Below are positions 53,925-64,000 of a stretch of 64,000 bases of DNA, piece after piece. This DNA comes from Candidatus Poribacteria bacterium (lineage in GTDB: Bacteria > Poribacteria > WGA-4E > WGA-3G): positions 128,001 through 192,000 of the forward strand of contig CAXXUA010000013.1 in NCBI GenBank assembly GCA_963663765.2. The letters are read 5' to 3'. Each line of letters starts with the position of its first letter. Within the stretch, counting starts at the first letter, position 1. Below the pieces are notes generated by a model. The model was not told where the DNA came from. It made no database searches and saw only the letters and a list, made by a program, of their open reading frames with translations. Position numbers and translations under genes: made by a program.

Positions 53925-54887
53925 ATGCGCGTAATCTATATGGGTACAAGTGAATTCGCTATTCCTGCTCTAAAAGAACTCATCGCTCATAGTTTTGACA
54001 TCATTGGAGTGATAACACAACCTGACCGACCCAGTGGGAGAGGGAAGAAATTAACACCTTCTCCAGTGAAAATCGTTGCAGAAGAAAATAAACTATCAGT
54101 TTTTCAACCTGAGAAGGTTAGAAAATCGGAGTTTGTAAAAGTTATTAAACAGTTGGAACCTGATGTCATTATTGTAGCAGCTTTTGGTCAACTCTTACCA
54201 CAGGCAGTGTTAGACATACCCCCATGTGGTGTTATAAATTTGCATCCTTCACTGTTACCGAAATATAGAGGCGCAGCACCAATTCAATGGGCAATCATCA
54301 ATGGAGAAAAGGAAACAGGTATAACGCTGATGTTATTAGATGCTGGAGAAGATACTGGTGATATCATAAGCGCAGAACAAATCCAAATCGGACTTGAGGA
54401 TACAGCAGAAGACCTCCATCACAAATTGGCTAATATTGGAGGTAAATTACTCATTGACATCTTGCATAATATGCCTAAATGGCAACCACCAAAGGCAAAG
54501 AAGCAGAAGCACGCTGAAGCAACACATGCACCACGATTAACAAAAGAAATTGGAAGAATTGATTGGAACGAATCTGCGATGAATATTCATAATCTTGTTA
54601 GAGGTACTGCTGGATGGCCAGGAGCATACACATATTTTCGTGAGGATACACTTGTCAAAATTATACAGACTTTTCCATTTCAAGACTCTCATATAAAAAA
54701 AGAAAACATAAGACAAGAACAACCGGGGACAATTAGAATCACAAACGAAGGAAACCTAAATGTTGTAACCAACAACGGAGAAATTCAGTTAATTCATGTT
54801 CAACCAGCAACAAAAAAAGTCATGTCAGTAAAAGACTTCGTTAATGGTTATAAAATCAAAACAGGAGAAGCTTTTGCAGACATGTGA
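53925..54887 (+). CDS. fmt: Methionyl-tRNA formyltransferase
   Basis: YMGTSEFA, TQPDRP.GRG, INLHPSLLPKYRGAAPIQ. Confidence 0.97.
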   Translation: MRVIYMGTSEFAIPALKELIAHSFDIIGVITQPDRPSGRGKKLTPSPVKIVAEENKLSVFQPEKVRKSEFVKVIKQLEPDVIIVAAFGQLLPQAVLDIPPCGVINLHPSLLPKYRGAAPIQWAIINGEKETGITLMLLDAGEDTGDIISAEQIQIGLEDTAEDLHHKLANIGGKLLIDILHNMPKWQPPKAKKQKHAEATHAPRLTKEIGRIDWNESAMNIHNLVRGTAGWPGAYTYFREDTLVKIIQTFPFQDSHIKKENIRQEQPGTIRITNEGNLNVVTNNGEIQLIHVQPATKKVMSVKDFVNGYKIKTGEAFADM

Positions 54888-54893
54888 AATTCT

Positions 54894-55892
54894 GTGAATG
54901 CTTCTTTTTGGGTATCAGATATGGGGATGAATAAACTAAATAAAACTCTATGGGGTATGGTTAAGGTCGCTACCTATATTCTAATAGTTATGGGGATAGT
55001 GGGTTCCTTGACACTTTTTATTGTAATACCACAGTTGGTTAAGTCAACAGAAGTGTTGGTCCCAAACATTATCGGAAAAACTTTTTTCCAAGCAGTTCAT
55101 GCGCTTAACACTGCTGGATTAAGTGTGGAGAAAATGATACAAGAGGCAAGCAGCTCAAAACCAAAAGGTAGTGTTGTAGAACAAGATCCACCTGCAAACT
55201 TTAGTATCAAACTAGATCACAAAGTAAGAATTACTGTGAGTGTTGGTGCAAAGTTAACTACTATCCCATCAGTCATCGGAAAATCAGAGGATGCAGCACA
55301 CGAAACCCTAAAAAATGCAGGTTTCTTACCAACATCTGTAGCACATGTCCATTCAGATAATTACTTACCAGATACAGTCATAGCACAGAATCCCGCCGAA
55401 GGTCAGCTTGTTGAACGTGATGCAAAAGTAAATTTATTGGTAAGTCTTGGTAGAAAACCTAAATATATACAATTACCGGATTTACAGAATCAACCAATTA
55501 ATGCGGTATTACCCGTACTAGAAGCAATCGGTTTGAATGTTGAAATTAAAATCGGTCCTCATCCCATAGTACAATCAGGAAACATTATTACTCATGAAAA
55601 GCTTGTAAAAACAGGTGATGTGATTACTCTTGAAATCAGTGGTAAAAGTGATCAATCTGACAAAGTTGGTCGATTGTTAACCCACAAACACACTGTTAGT
55701 GACAAAGGTACACGTTCCCTAGATGTGAAGATCGTTGTTGTAGATGACTATGGTAACCGTAAAGTCTTGGAAGGATCTTACTCCCCTGGGACTGTAATTG
55801 ATTTAGCAAATCGAAGAGTTAAAGTTTTTGGTTCAACTATCGTTATTGTTTTTGAAAATAACAAAAAAATATTTGAGCGACATTATCAATAG
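54894..55892 (+). CDS. PASTA-domain membrane protein
   Basis: TM helix plus three PASTA repeats (VPNIIG, IPSVIG, LPDLQN; EQDPPA, AQNPAEG). Confidence 0.88.
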   Translation: MNASFWVSDMGMNKLNKTLWGMVKVATYILIVMGIVGSLTLFIVIPQLVKSTEVLVPNIIGKTFFQAVHALNTAGLSVEKMIQEASSSKPKGSVVEQDPPANFSIKLDHKVRITVSVGAKLTTIPSVIGKSEDAAHETLKNAGFLPTSVAHVHSDNYLPDTVIAQNPAEGQLVERDAKVNLLVSLGRKPKYIQLPDLQNQPINAVLPVLEAIGLNVEIKIGPHPIVQSGNIITHEKLVKTGDVITLEISGKSDQSDKVGRLLTHKHTVSDKGTRSLDVKIVVVDDYGNRKVLEGSYSPGTVIDLANRRVKVFGSTIVIVFENNKKIFERHYQ

Positions 55893-55937
55893 TATAGTTT
55901 AATTTGAATAAGTTTAGCAAATCATAAAATAAAATGG

Positions 55938-56615
55938 ATGAAAAATTTATACAAGAATAGTCCAAAAATTGCACCGTCTTTATTGGCTGCAGACTTCAGC
56001 CAAATAGGTGATGAGATTCAGCGCGTTGTTGACGCAGGTGCTGACCTATTACATTTTGATGTTATGGATGGAGAATTTGTTCCAAACTTTGGAATTAGTC
56101 CACTCATGATAGCATCAGTTCGCAACATAACAGATGTACCTTTTGATGTACATATTATGGTTAAACATCCACTCCGATATATCAATGCTTTAGTTGATGC
56201 TGGTTCAGACATGATTACCTTTCACGTTGAGAGTAATGACAATACGGAAGCAGTAATTGCATCAATCACAGCTAACAATATCGGTGTTGGTTTAGCTTTT
56301 TCTCCTAAAACATTGACTCACGAAGTTATCCCTTTTATTTCAGAATTAGATCTTGTTTTACCCATGAGTGTTGAACCCGGTTTAGGCGGACAAACTTTTA
56401 TATCAGATACCTATAGCAAAATTAGTGAAATTAGACTGGCAATAGAGAATATTGAAAATACGCCAGAAATATCTGTTGATGGAGGCGTAACAACTGACAT
56501 CGCTCCCCATGCTATCCAATCTGGTGCGTCAATTCTCGTCGCTGGAACAGCTATTTTCCGCAGCGAAAATCCAAAGAAAGTTATCAACCAATTACGGACA
56601 ATAGAATCAAGTTGA
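55938..56615 (+). CDS. rpe: Ribulose-phosphate 3-epimerase
   Basis: IAPSLLAADF, HFDVMDG.FVPN, DVHIMV, MSVEPG.GGQ, VDGG. Confidence 0.97.
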   Translation: MKNLYKNSPKIAPSLLAADFSQIGDEIQRVVDAGADLLHFDVMDGEFVPNFGISPLMIASVRNITDVPFDVHIMVKHPLRYINALVDAGSDMITFHVESNDNTEAVIASITANNIGVGLAFSPKTLTHEVIPFISELDLVLPMSVEPGLGGQTFISDTYSKISEIRLAIENIENTPEISVDGGVTTDIAPHAIQSGASILVAGTAIFRSENPKKVINQLRTIESS

Positions 56616-56635
56616 TTCACAGACATTGATATGTA

Positions 56636-57355
56636 ATGCATACGTTTTATGTTCCACAATCCCATATCAACAACAACGAAGCTACTATTTCAGGTCTAGA
56701 ACATCACCATTTACGAAATGTACTGCGATTAAGACTTAATGAAAAAATCAGAATTATTGACGGCAAAGGTAGTGTTTATATTTCAAAAGTGATTCGGACA
56801 AAGACAGAATCTTCGTATGCAAAAGTTCTCAATCACAAATTTCATGAGAGAAAAACACCTCTTATTACCCTCTTTCAAGGGATACCAAAGAATGATAAAA
56901 TGACGCTTATACTGCAAAAAACTACCGAACTTGGTGTGAGAAAGATTGTACCGATAACAACTGAACGGTCATTACAAGAACCGAGTATAAACCGATTTGA
57001 ACGATGGCAACGGGTAGTGATTTCCGCTACAAAACAATGTAAACGTGTCTGGTTACCTAAATTATGTGATATAAAGTCCTTTGAAGACTGTCTAAACAAT
57101 TTTCAATCCTATTCACTGAGTTTACTTTTATGGGAAAACGAAAAAGAGCAACATATAAAATCAGTCATACAACGGACTTCAAATGTAGAATCAATAGCAA
57201 TATTAGTTGGACCAGAAGGCGGTTTTACTGATAAAGAAGTAACAGATGCAATTGAGAGTGGATGTATTCCTGTTTCACTTGGTTCAAATATCCTGAGAAC
57301 AGAAACCGCAGTGATCGCAACCATTATCATCGTTGCTTATGAATACCAAATATAA
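56636..57355 (+). CDS. rsmE: 16S rRNA m3U1498 methyltransferase
   Basis: HHLRNVLRL, QKTTELGV, VGPEGGF, LGSNILRTETA. Confidence 0.96.
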   Translation: MHTFYVPQSHINNNEATISGLEHHHLRNVLRLRLNEKIRIIDGKGSVYISKVIRTKTESSYAKVLNHKFHERKTPLITLFQGIPKNDKMTLILQKTTELGVRKIVPITTERSLQEPSINRFERWQRVVISATKQCKRVWLPKLCDIKSFEDCLNNFQSYSLSLLLWENEKEQHIKSVIQRTSNVESIAILVGPEGGFTDKEVTDAIESGCIPVSLGSNILRTETAVIATIIIVAYEYQI

Positions 57356-57367
57356 CTTGTATAAAAC

Positions 57368-58681
57368 ATGAAAACTGTAAAACTCATTACGATGGGATGT
57401 AAAGTCAATCAATACGACACACAATCTATGCGAGAAACTCTTCTCAGCAATGGATACACGGTTGTTGATGAAACTCAACCTGCAGATTTATATCTCATTA
57501 ACACATGCACAGTTACAAATGCTGCTGACCAAAAGGCAAGACAGACAATCCGAAAGGCGATTCGTCAAAATCCGAATGCAGATGTATTTGTTACAGGTTG
57601 TTACGCTGAAAGTGATAGGACAGCAATTGAGCAAATACCAGGTGTGACGTTTGTCTTTGGTAACCGTGAGAAAGCTGACATTCAAATTTATCTTGACAAG
57701 CTGCGTGCAAAATCACTTCTTCAGATAGAACCTATCCAACATGATGCGATTCGTGAGCATGCCCGTTTTAGTAGCGGTGTAAGCAATGCTGGTAAACGCA
57801 CACGCGCCCTCATCAAAGTTCAAGATGGTTGCAGTGCTTTCTGTACATATTGTATCATCCCTTATGTGCGAGGTAGGATGACAAGTCGTCCACTTACTGA
57901 AATTGAGGAAGAAGCACATCGTATTGCAGACAGTGGGATAAAGGAAATCGTGATAACAGGTGTGCATCTTGGTGCTTACGGACAAGACACAGATAGAGAC
58001 AAGAATATTGCCGACATAATAGAACACATACATGATATTGATGGAATTGAGCGGATTCGCTTTAGTTCAATTGAACCAATGTATTTCCCAGATATTCTCG
58101 TTGAACGTATGTCTGCTCTTCCAAAGTGCATGCCACATTTTCACCTTCCAATTCAATCAGGATCCGACAAAGTTTTACGCAGCATGCGAAGACGTTACAC
58201 AACAAAGCAGTTTACCCAACTTGTTGCTAAGCTGCGAAGTCAATTTAATGACGATATCGGTATTACAACCGATATGATGGTTGGCTTCCCTGGAGAAACT
58301 AATTCCGATTTTCAAGATTCCCTTCAGTTCGTAGAGAAGATTGGTTTCAGTCAACTCCATGTCTTCCGCTATTCTCCCAGAAAAGGCACACCTGCAGCAA
58401 CCTATCCTGATCAAATACCTCCTCCTATTTCATCAGCACGTAGTAGTGAAATGATACAATTGGGTAACGACCTAAGTACTACATTTCGTCAACGGATGCT
58501 TGGAAAATCTAAGCACATATTAATTGAGGATAGTAGGGATGGTGAAAATCAACTACTTGCTGGCTTCACTGAGAATTATTTACGAGTGCTTGTTGACGTT
58601 CCTGAATCGAAGATTAATCATATTCTAAAGATAAAGTTAACTAACATGGACAGTCAATATTTCTATGGCGAGTGTGCGTAA
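57368..58681 (+). CDS. mtaB: tRNA t6A37 methylthiotransferase (radical SAM)
   Basis: TMGCKVNQYD, NTCTVT, KVQDGCSAFCTYCIIP, TGVHLGAYG; follows rsmE. Confidence 0.93.
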   Translation: MKTVKLITMGCKVNQYDTQSMRETLLSNGYTVVDETQPADLYLINTCTVTNAADQKARQTIRKAIRQNPNADVFVTGCYAESDRTAIEQIPGVTFVFGNREKADIQIYLDKLRAKSLLQIEPIQHDAIREHARFSSGVSNAGKRTRALIKVQDGCSAFCTYCIIPYVRGRMTSRPLTEIEEEAHRIADSGIKEIVITGVHLGAYGQDTDRDKNIADIIEHIHDIDGIERIRFSSIEPMYFPDILVERMSALPKCMPHFHLPIQSGSDKVLRSMRRRYTTKQFTQLVAKLRSQFNDDIGITTDMMVGFPGETNSDFQDSLQFVEKIGFSQLHVFRYSPRKGTPAATYPDQIPPPISSARSSEMIQLGNDLSTTFRQRMLGKSKHILIEDSRDGENQLLAGFTENYLRVLVDVPESKINHILKIKLTNMDSQYFYGECA

Positions 58682-58738
58682 GACCTATAAACCCTTTCTC
58701 TGAAAGCAATTTTCACTAAATAACTTGGAGGATACAGT

Positions 58739-59812
58739 TTGTTAATGATAAGAAAAATGTTTTTGTTGTTTGTTTTGTTAATCACCATGATTGGGTGTGA
58801 GAAAATTACAGATACAGTTATACAACCCCCTGATATGTCCGATCCAGAACCCCTGAAAGTAATAACCTATAATGTATATGTTGGCAGTAGTGCTGAACCA
58901 CTCTTATCGGTTGAGAACTTAGCACAAGTACCTGGTGAAGTAGCCAAGATGTACAACAATGTAATCGCTGCAGACTTTCCGAGTCGCGCTGCTGGAATTG
59001 CTAAAATTATAGGTGCACATAAACCGCATGTGATCGGCTTGCAAGAGATTTCGCTGATCCGCACTCAAAATCCTGGAGATTTTCTTCCTGACAATCCAAC
59101 ACTTGCAGAAGAAGTTCTCATGGATTATCTCCAAATCTTGATGAATGCGCTTCAGAGTGAAGGATTAAGCTATCAGGTTGCAGCGCAGGTTGAGAATCTT
59201 GATATTGAGATGCCGATGATCTTAGATTCTACCTTTGTTGATGTGAGATTAACTGACTATGATGTCATTCTGGCACGCAGCGATGTAGACATATCCCGAT
59301 CAACAAGTGCAAACTATAAAAATGCTCTGACAATTGATATGCTTGGATTGGAAGTTCAAAGAGGATATGCAGCTGTTGACGCAACCGTTTCTGGTGTAAC
59401 ATACCGTGTTGTTAACACACATTTAGAAGCATTTACAGAGGTGAATCGCGTGGCACAAACTCAGGAATTGGTTGATATTCTTTCTGATGAAACGCTTCCA
59501 ATCATTATGTTGGGTGACTTCAATACAAGAGCAACAGATGGCACAGGATACAACATTATACTTTCGTCAGGGTATGTTGACCTATGGCAACCGGATTCAG
59601 AAGGTTCAGGCAATACTTGCTGTCAAGACGACGACATTCTAAATGCTGTGAGTGATCTCACAGTGCGTATTGATCAAATTTTCGCCCGTAATTTCCAGCC
59701 TCAATATACAGTGGTTACGCAGACCTTAGGTGATAAAGCAGAAGATAGATTAGACTCTGGATTGTGGCCCTCAGATCATGCAGGAGTCCTTGCAGCAATA
59801 ACATTTGAATAG
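58739..59812 (+). CDS. Endonuclease/exonuclease/phosphatase family lipoprotein
   Basis: Lipobox MIGC; TYNV, GLQE, NTHLE, GDFN, RIDQI, PSDH. Confidence 0.9.
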   Translation: MLMIRKMFLLFVLLITMIGCEKITDTVIQPPDMSDPEPLKVITYNVYVGSSAEPLLSVENLAQVPGEVAKMYNNVIAADFPSRAAGIAKIIGAHKPHVIGLQEISLIRTQNPGDFLPDNPTLAEEVLMDYLQILMNALQSEGLSYQVAAQVENLDIEMPMILDSTFVDVRLTDYDVILARSDVDISRSTSANYKNALTIDMLGLEVQRGYAAVDATVSGVTYRVVNTHLEAFTEVNRVAQTQELVDILSDETLPIIMLGDFNTRATDGTGYNIILSSGYVDLWQPDSEGSGNTCCQDDDILNAVSDLTVRIDQIFARNFQPQYTVVTQTLGDKAEDRLDSGLWPSDHAGVLAAITFE

Positions 59813-59891
59813 GTGTAATTTATAGTAAATAAGTAGGTTTGCCTTTACAAAATTATTTGTTTCTCACATCAACATTATATAGAAGTTTAGC

Positions 59892-59930
59892 AAAATGGTA
59901 GACATGTATTGTAGCATGTCTACCATTTTT
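59892..59930. terminator. Bidirectional intrinsic terminator
   Basis: AAAATGGTAGACATG-loop-CATGTCTACCATTTT between convergent genes. Confidence 0.85.
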
Positions 59931-59957
59931 GTAGCATTATTGCTGAGGTCAGTGATA

Positions 59958-61118
59958 CTATTCTGGTGCAGCAATTATTATGTTTGACTGTGGCATTCCA
60001 TTCAGTATTTGCCGCACACCTACACTCTTGACAGGATTGCGATTCTCGTCAAAGCGAGTAATAGTGGTTGCACCTACATAACCGGTAATCGTACCGATTG
60101 CATCACGTAAAGCAATCGGATCATTGGCTGATCCTGTAGTTTCAATTGCTATAGCTAATATATACATGGCATCATACCCCGTGGCAGCAATGCCATCAAC
60201 AGATCCATATTCCAATTCATAGGCAGTGTTAAACGCTGTAGCATCAGGATCTAAGTTTGTGCAATAATAGGAATTTTCAAGCGGAGAATTATCCTCTAAT
60301 GTTGTAAACATCAATGGATCGTCCCAACCATCACTACCTATGAAGGTAGACTCAATCCCTAACTCACGCGCTTGTTTCATTATGACTGGATTTGCTGGTG
60401 GAAAGCTGGCGAGAAGCAGCACATCTGGATCTGCTTCTTTGACAGCACTTAGTTGGCTGTCATACGTCGTGTCGCTACCTTGATACGTATGCTCAACAAC
60501 GACGTTACCACCGAGTGTCTCAAAACTCGATTTAAATGACTCTACAAAGCCAATTGAATATACATCTCCAACTAACCACAACATTCCAGCTGTTTCTGCT
60601 TCTAATTGCTCTACAACAAGCTTTGCAAGAAGTTCCGCTTGCAACACATTAGAACCAGCAATGAGAAACATGAGGTCGTTTGGATCAGTTTCTTCCGCAG
60701 TTACCTCAGCCCTTGTTGCCCCTAAAAGGACTGGAACAGAAGTAACTGGACCAACTTTCACCGCGTGACTGGAAAAGAGTGGTCCTAAAATAGCGACTAC
60801 ATTCTCATTTTCAATTAAATCAGTTGCAGATTCGACGACAGTATCCGTTTCTTCTTGTCTGAAGACTAACTCAACCTGCATACCAAGAACTCCCCCGTCC
60901 GCGTTAATCTCTGCTTGTGCAAGTTTTGCACCATTACCGAAACTAATGTAATTTGGCTGGGGATGAATCAAACCTACTTTTAGAGTAGGCGTTGTATCTG
61001 GGGGAGTGATTACACCATCTGTCACCCCCATATCAATTATCTTTTCACAACTGGTCAAAAATATTATTGAACATAATAACATTACCGAAAGGATATTCTT
61101 AAAAAACTTACCACACAT
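59958..61118 (-). CDS. ABC transporter substrate-binding lipoprotein (branched-chain amino acid / LivK-like)
   Basis: Lipobox LTSC; AEINADGGVLG, ILGPLFS, FIGSDGW, GYDA. Confidence 0.88.
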   Translation of the reverse strand: MCGKFFKNILSVMLLCSIIFLTSCEKIIDMGVTDGVITPPDTTPTLKVGLIHPQPNYISFGNGAKLAQAEINADGGVLGMQVELVFRQEETDTVVESATDLIENENVVAILGPLFSSHAVKVGPVTSVPVLLGATRAEVTAEETDPNDLMFLIAGSNVLQAELLAKLVVEQLEAETAGMLWLVGDVYSIGFVESFKSSFETLGGNVVVEHTYQGSDTTYDSQLSAVKEADPDVLLLASFPPANPVIMKQARELGIESTFIGSDGWDDPLMFTTLEDNSPLENSYYCTNLDPDATAFNTAYELEYGSVDGIAATGYDAMYILAIAIETTGSANDPIALRDAIGTITGYVGATTITRFDENRNPVKSVGVRQILNGMPQSNIIIAAPE

Positions 61119-61170
61119 TAGATCCTCCTAAAGAATCAAGTTTATTATAGATTATCGCAAAACAGACAAC

Positions 61171-61617
61171 CTAACCACTATCACTGTTTCTCAGCAAGTG
61201 TACTCCCAATGCACCGTTCAATAACGGTAGGGCTGCATCCACTATCATCCAAACCATAGATGCAGTGTCAGTCTGAGTAGGCGTATAGTCTCTGCCTGGA
61301 TTGATTATTCCAAACCAATTCCAGAAGAAAAATACCGCAACAAACATGAAACCATAAAAAAGTGTGTTTGCGGCTATAAACTCCTGCACACTTGAATTCT
61401 CATTAACTTTACTCATACGGCTATAACTCAATATTATACCCAACACGATAGAAATAGCTGAGAGTATATTGATATACTTCCATACCGGATCATTGTATGG
61501 ACTTGCACCTTCTTCTGTTGCTGAAGTATGGTACAAAGGTTCAACCACTGTATTAATTGCGACAATTGCCGCGACAAGTATTAGAAAAACACCTATTATC
61601 TTCAAAATGCTTGTCAT
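61171..61617 (-). CDS. Hypothetical four-TM membrane protein
   Basis: AAGGAG RBS; four hydrophobic segments. Confidence 0.75.
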   Translation of the reverse strand: MTSILKIIGVFLILVAAIVAINTVVEPLYHTSATEEGASPYNDPVWKYINILSAISIVLGIILSYSRMSKVNENSSVQEFIAANTLFYGFMFVAVFFFWNWFGIINPGRDYTPTQTDTASMVWMIVDAALPLLNGALGVHLLRNSDSG

Positions 61618-61783
61618 GATACTTCTCCTTCCCTGAAAGGGTTATTTGTGATTCATTCAAATGTGATTTAATACATTCATTACAATTCTACGAAATCAAC
61701 ATCTTGGCCAGGATGTTGATTAGAGTGTAATGTCAGTGTGCTATATAACACCTGACAATAACATGTCACTAATTACATCTGTG

Positions 61784-61812
61784 ATTTTAGTAAAAAAGTA
61801 AATTAATGTCAA
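61784..61812 (-). promoter_or_regulatory. Sigma70 promoter ahead of a long structured leader
   Basis: TTGACA-17 bp-TAAAAT on the minus strand. Confidence 0.65.
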
Positions 61813-61826
61813 CACATTATGTTTTA

Positions 61827-62136
61827 CTATAGTTTCGACAATTTCCAAACGAGAACAAATATTAGAAATTGGTTCACTGCTTATGTTACCAAATCAATAC
61901 ACAACGAACAAAACGCAAACCCTCTTTGCTACATCGGAGCAATATGTTTATAGCTATATTGTCAACCGACATCTCCGCTGGAGCGCATGATTGTGGGTAT
62001 ACCGTTTTCTATAAACATAGCACTCCGCTGGAGTGCAGTATTTTCTCCAGTTTCATAATATATACGCAACTCGTAGTAAAATAGACGTTCTATTGAATAC
62101 TCAACTTTTGCAAGATGAGAATTGTCCAAACTATAG
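61827..62136. mobile_element. 310-bp MITE with 17-bp TIR and 9-bp target duplication
   Basis: CTATAGTTTCGACAATT/AATTGTCCAAACTATAG flanked by TATGTTTTA on both sides; internal CTCCGCTGGAG palindromes. Confidence 0.85.
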
Positions 62137-62160
62137 TATGTTTTACTATAAGTGAATAAT

Positions 62161-62294
62161 TATGGTAGATTATACAAGTTATTCTACATTCTGAGTTGTA
62201 GGAGCAACCTCCCGGGCGCGACCGGGGAGATCGCTCTTACAGAATAGGTGTATAATTACTTCAATAATTCACCATAATTCCAAAATCTACCATA
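62161..62294. repeat. IR-bounded insert with a GTAG-family REP
   Basis: TATGGTAGATT/AATCTACCATA ends; REP 62198-62240 similar to 27240-27281. Confidence 0.6.
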
Positions 62295-62410
62295 AATGAC
62301 AATTGAATTCCCCTAGAATTGTCTATTATTCCCCTTGAATTCTAAAAGGTTATCTTATAGAATTCATAAGTATGAAAGCAAATTGTTTAACGTATCTCAT
62401 AAATACGTTT

Positions 62411-63568
62411 TATACCGTATTAACGGAATAGTTCTTGTTTATATTTTTTTGAAAATATGCTATTGTGAACAGATGAAAAAGAAAAAACATGAGGTTCTCC
62501 CTCACTTTCCAGTAGAAGTTCTTAGACAAAGGTATCTTGAATGTAAATGTACTCGGGAACGGACGCATTGGCATATTATTTGGCTTCTTGCTGATACGAC
62601 ACATCCACGCACATCCCGCGAAGTTGCTGAGATTGTAGGATGCACTCCGGACTGGGTTCGCAAGTTGCTCAAACGCTATAATGCTGAAGGGGAAACAGCT
62701 CTACAAGATAAACGGAAAAACAATAAAGGCAAGCGTTTTTTGGATGAGAAACAGCAAGCAGCACTTGAAGCTGTGCTTTCTGAGCCCCCTGCCGATGGTG
62801 GTCTTTGGACAGGTCCGAAGGTAGCTGCGTGGATATCTGAGACCCTTCAGCGTCCTGTCAGTAATGTGTCAGGTTGGAAATATCTCAAGCGTCTCGGTTG
62901 GACTTTACAAACGCCTCGTCCACAACATCAGGCTGCAGCAACCCCCGAAGCACAGCAACATTAAAAAAAAACTTAAGGATCGGGTAGCTACGCTTGAAAG
63001 TCAGCACCCGGAGAAACCTGTAGAGATTTGGGCAGAAGACGAGGCGCGCTTAGGATTATTGCCTGTTCATCGGCGTGTCTGGGCGAAGCAAGGTGAAAGA
63101 CCGGTAGCCCCGGTGTGTCCAGCCTATAAATGGCTCTATGGTTTCGGTTTTGTCCGTCCGCAGACAGGTGAGACCTATTGGCTTCTGATGCCGAGTGTGA
63201 GTGTTGAAATCATGAACCTTGCGCTGGCAGAGTTTGCTCGTGATGTGAACCCGGAAGGCAAAAAACAGATAATCCTCTTGTTAGATCGTGCGGGTTTTCA
63301 TACGGGTAAAGGTTTAGAAGTCCCACAAGGGATTGAGTTATCTTTTTTGCCGCCGTATACACCGGAACTTCAACCTGCTGAACGCCTATGGCCTCTGTTG
63401 CGGGAGGTGGTTGTAAATAAAGTTTGGACAACACTATCAGCACTTGAAGAAGTATTGGTAAAAAGGTGTCAATGGTTTTCCGAAAACAAAAAGAAAGTGC
63501 AGGCACACGTCGGTTTTCAGTGGATTTGCAAAATGGGAAAACAATACGAAACTCGTTAATTTGGTATT
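62411..63568 (+). mobile_element. IS630-family element, two-ORF transposase (62473..62964 and ..63559), probably inactivated
   Basis: HTH ORF plus DDE ORF (WAEDEARLG, LLDRAGFH, LPPYTPELQPAERLW). The stop codon begins the A9 run; imperfect TIR. Confidence 0.88.
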
Positions 63569-63681
63569 AGTTCAAATTCATAGGTTCTTGTGTCTTGTAA
63601 ATCGGGGTTAGAAATCCCTTCTACCATTTATGAGATAGGTTGTAAAAGTTTAATCAATTTTGAATATATTTGAGGTTAGTT

Positions 63682-64000
63682 ATGTCAGATTCAAATGATA
63701 TTAATGTAGCAGAAATCATTCCAAAAGAATCAGAGTTAGAAGTGGTATATGACGAAGCGCATTTTACTGAGGGACCCACCGTCGCACCAGATAACACTGT
63801 CTATTTCAGTGATATTACCTTCACACACCAAACCGATATGCAAGCTGGAAATATCATGAAATATGATCCTGAGATAGATAAAACGACTGTCTTTAGATCA
63901 CCCAGTGGGATGTCAAACGGCATGAAATGTGACTCACAAGGACGTTTAGTTATCGCAGAAGGTGCAGACTTCGGTGGACGAAGAATTATACGAACCGACA
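63682..64000 (+). CDS. SMP-30/gluconolactonase family protein (partial)
   Basis: MSDSND...FTEGPTVAPDNTVYFSDI...SGMSNGM..D.QGRLVIAE; runs off the window. Confidence 0.85.
   Translation, partial: MSDSNDINVAEIIPKESELEVVYDEAHFTEGPTVAPDNTVYFSDITFTHQTDMQAGNIMKYDPEIDKTTVFRSPSGMSNGMKCDSQGRLVIAEGADFGGRRIIRTD

Noticed and set aside
62335-62472. N-terminal extension of IS630 ORF1
   Set aside because: It begins outside the predicted terminal repeat
1-64000. tRNA, rRNA and T-box elements
   Set aside because: None recognised by eye; a tRNAscan/Infernal run would be needed to exclude them

Overview
AT-rich bacterial window. The repeated dockerin-like plus C-terminal 'LLPNYPNPFNPETWIPY...YWDGRN...SGVYFY' modules suggest Candidatus Poribacteria or a relative (inference). 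From 1 to 24 kb on the minus strand there is a surface-glycan locus (GT4, epimerase, MurJ-like flippase, Wzy/O-antigen-ligase-like protein, clan-A glycoside hydrolase, four sulfotransferases, an FG-GAP/ASPIC protein). It runs directly into a tandem array of at least four Tat-signal sulfatases, and a 2-kb inverted-repeat-bounded element carrying two decayed DUF1670-like genes interrupts that array. From 24 to 30 kb lies a hen1-pnkp RNA-repair operon in which a degenerate IS200/IS605 (tnpB) element sits in codon 2 of pnkp, followed by a frameshifted ISKra4/ISLre2-type IS. From 30 to 43 kb are accessory genes, IS701 and IS630 relics, an ECF sigma remnant and a MITE/REP nest. From 43 to 59 kb is a housekeeping cluster (tatA, tatC, pgeF, yggS, proC, yggT, lspA, fmt, rpe, rsmE, mtaB). 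In it the ileS position holds an intact 866-aa IleRS homologue that has lost every catalytic motif. From 59 to 64 kb are lipoproteins, MITEs, an IS630 and a partial gluconolactonase. No CRISPR array, rRNA or tRNA was recognised. All family assignments come from motif recognition by eye, not from database searches.
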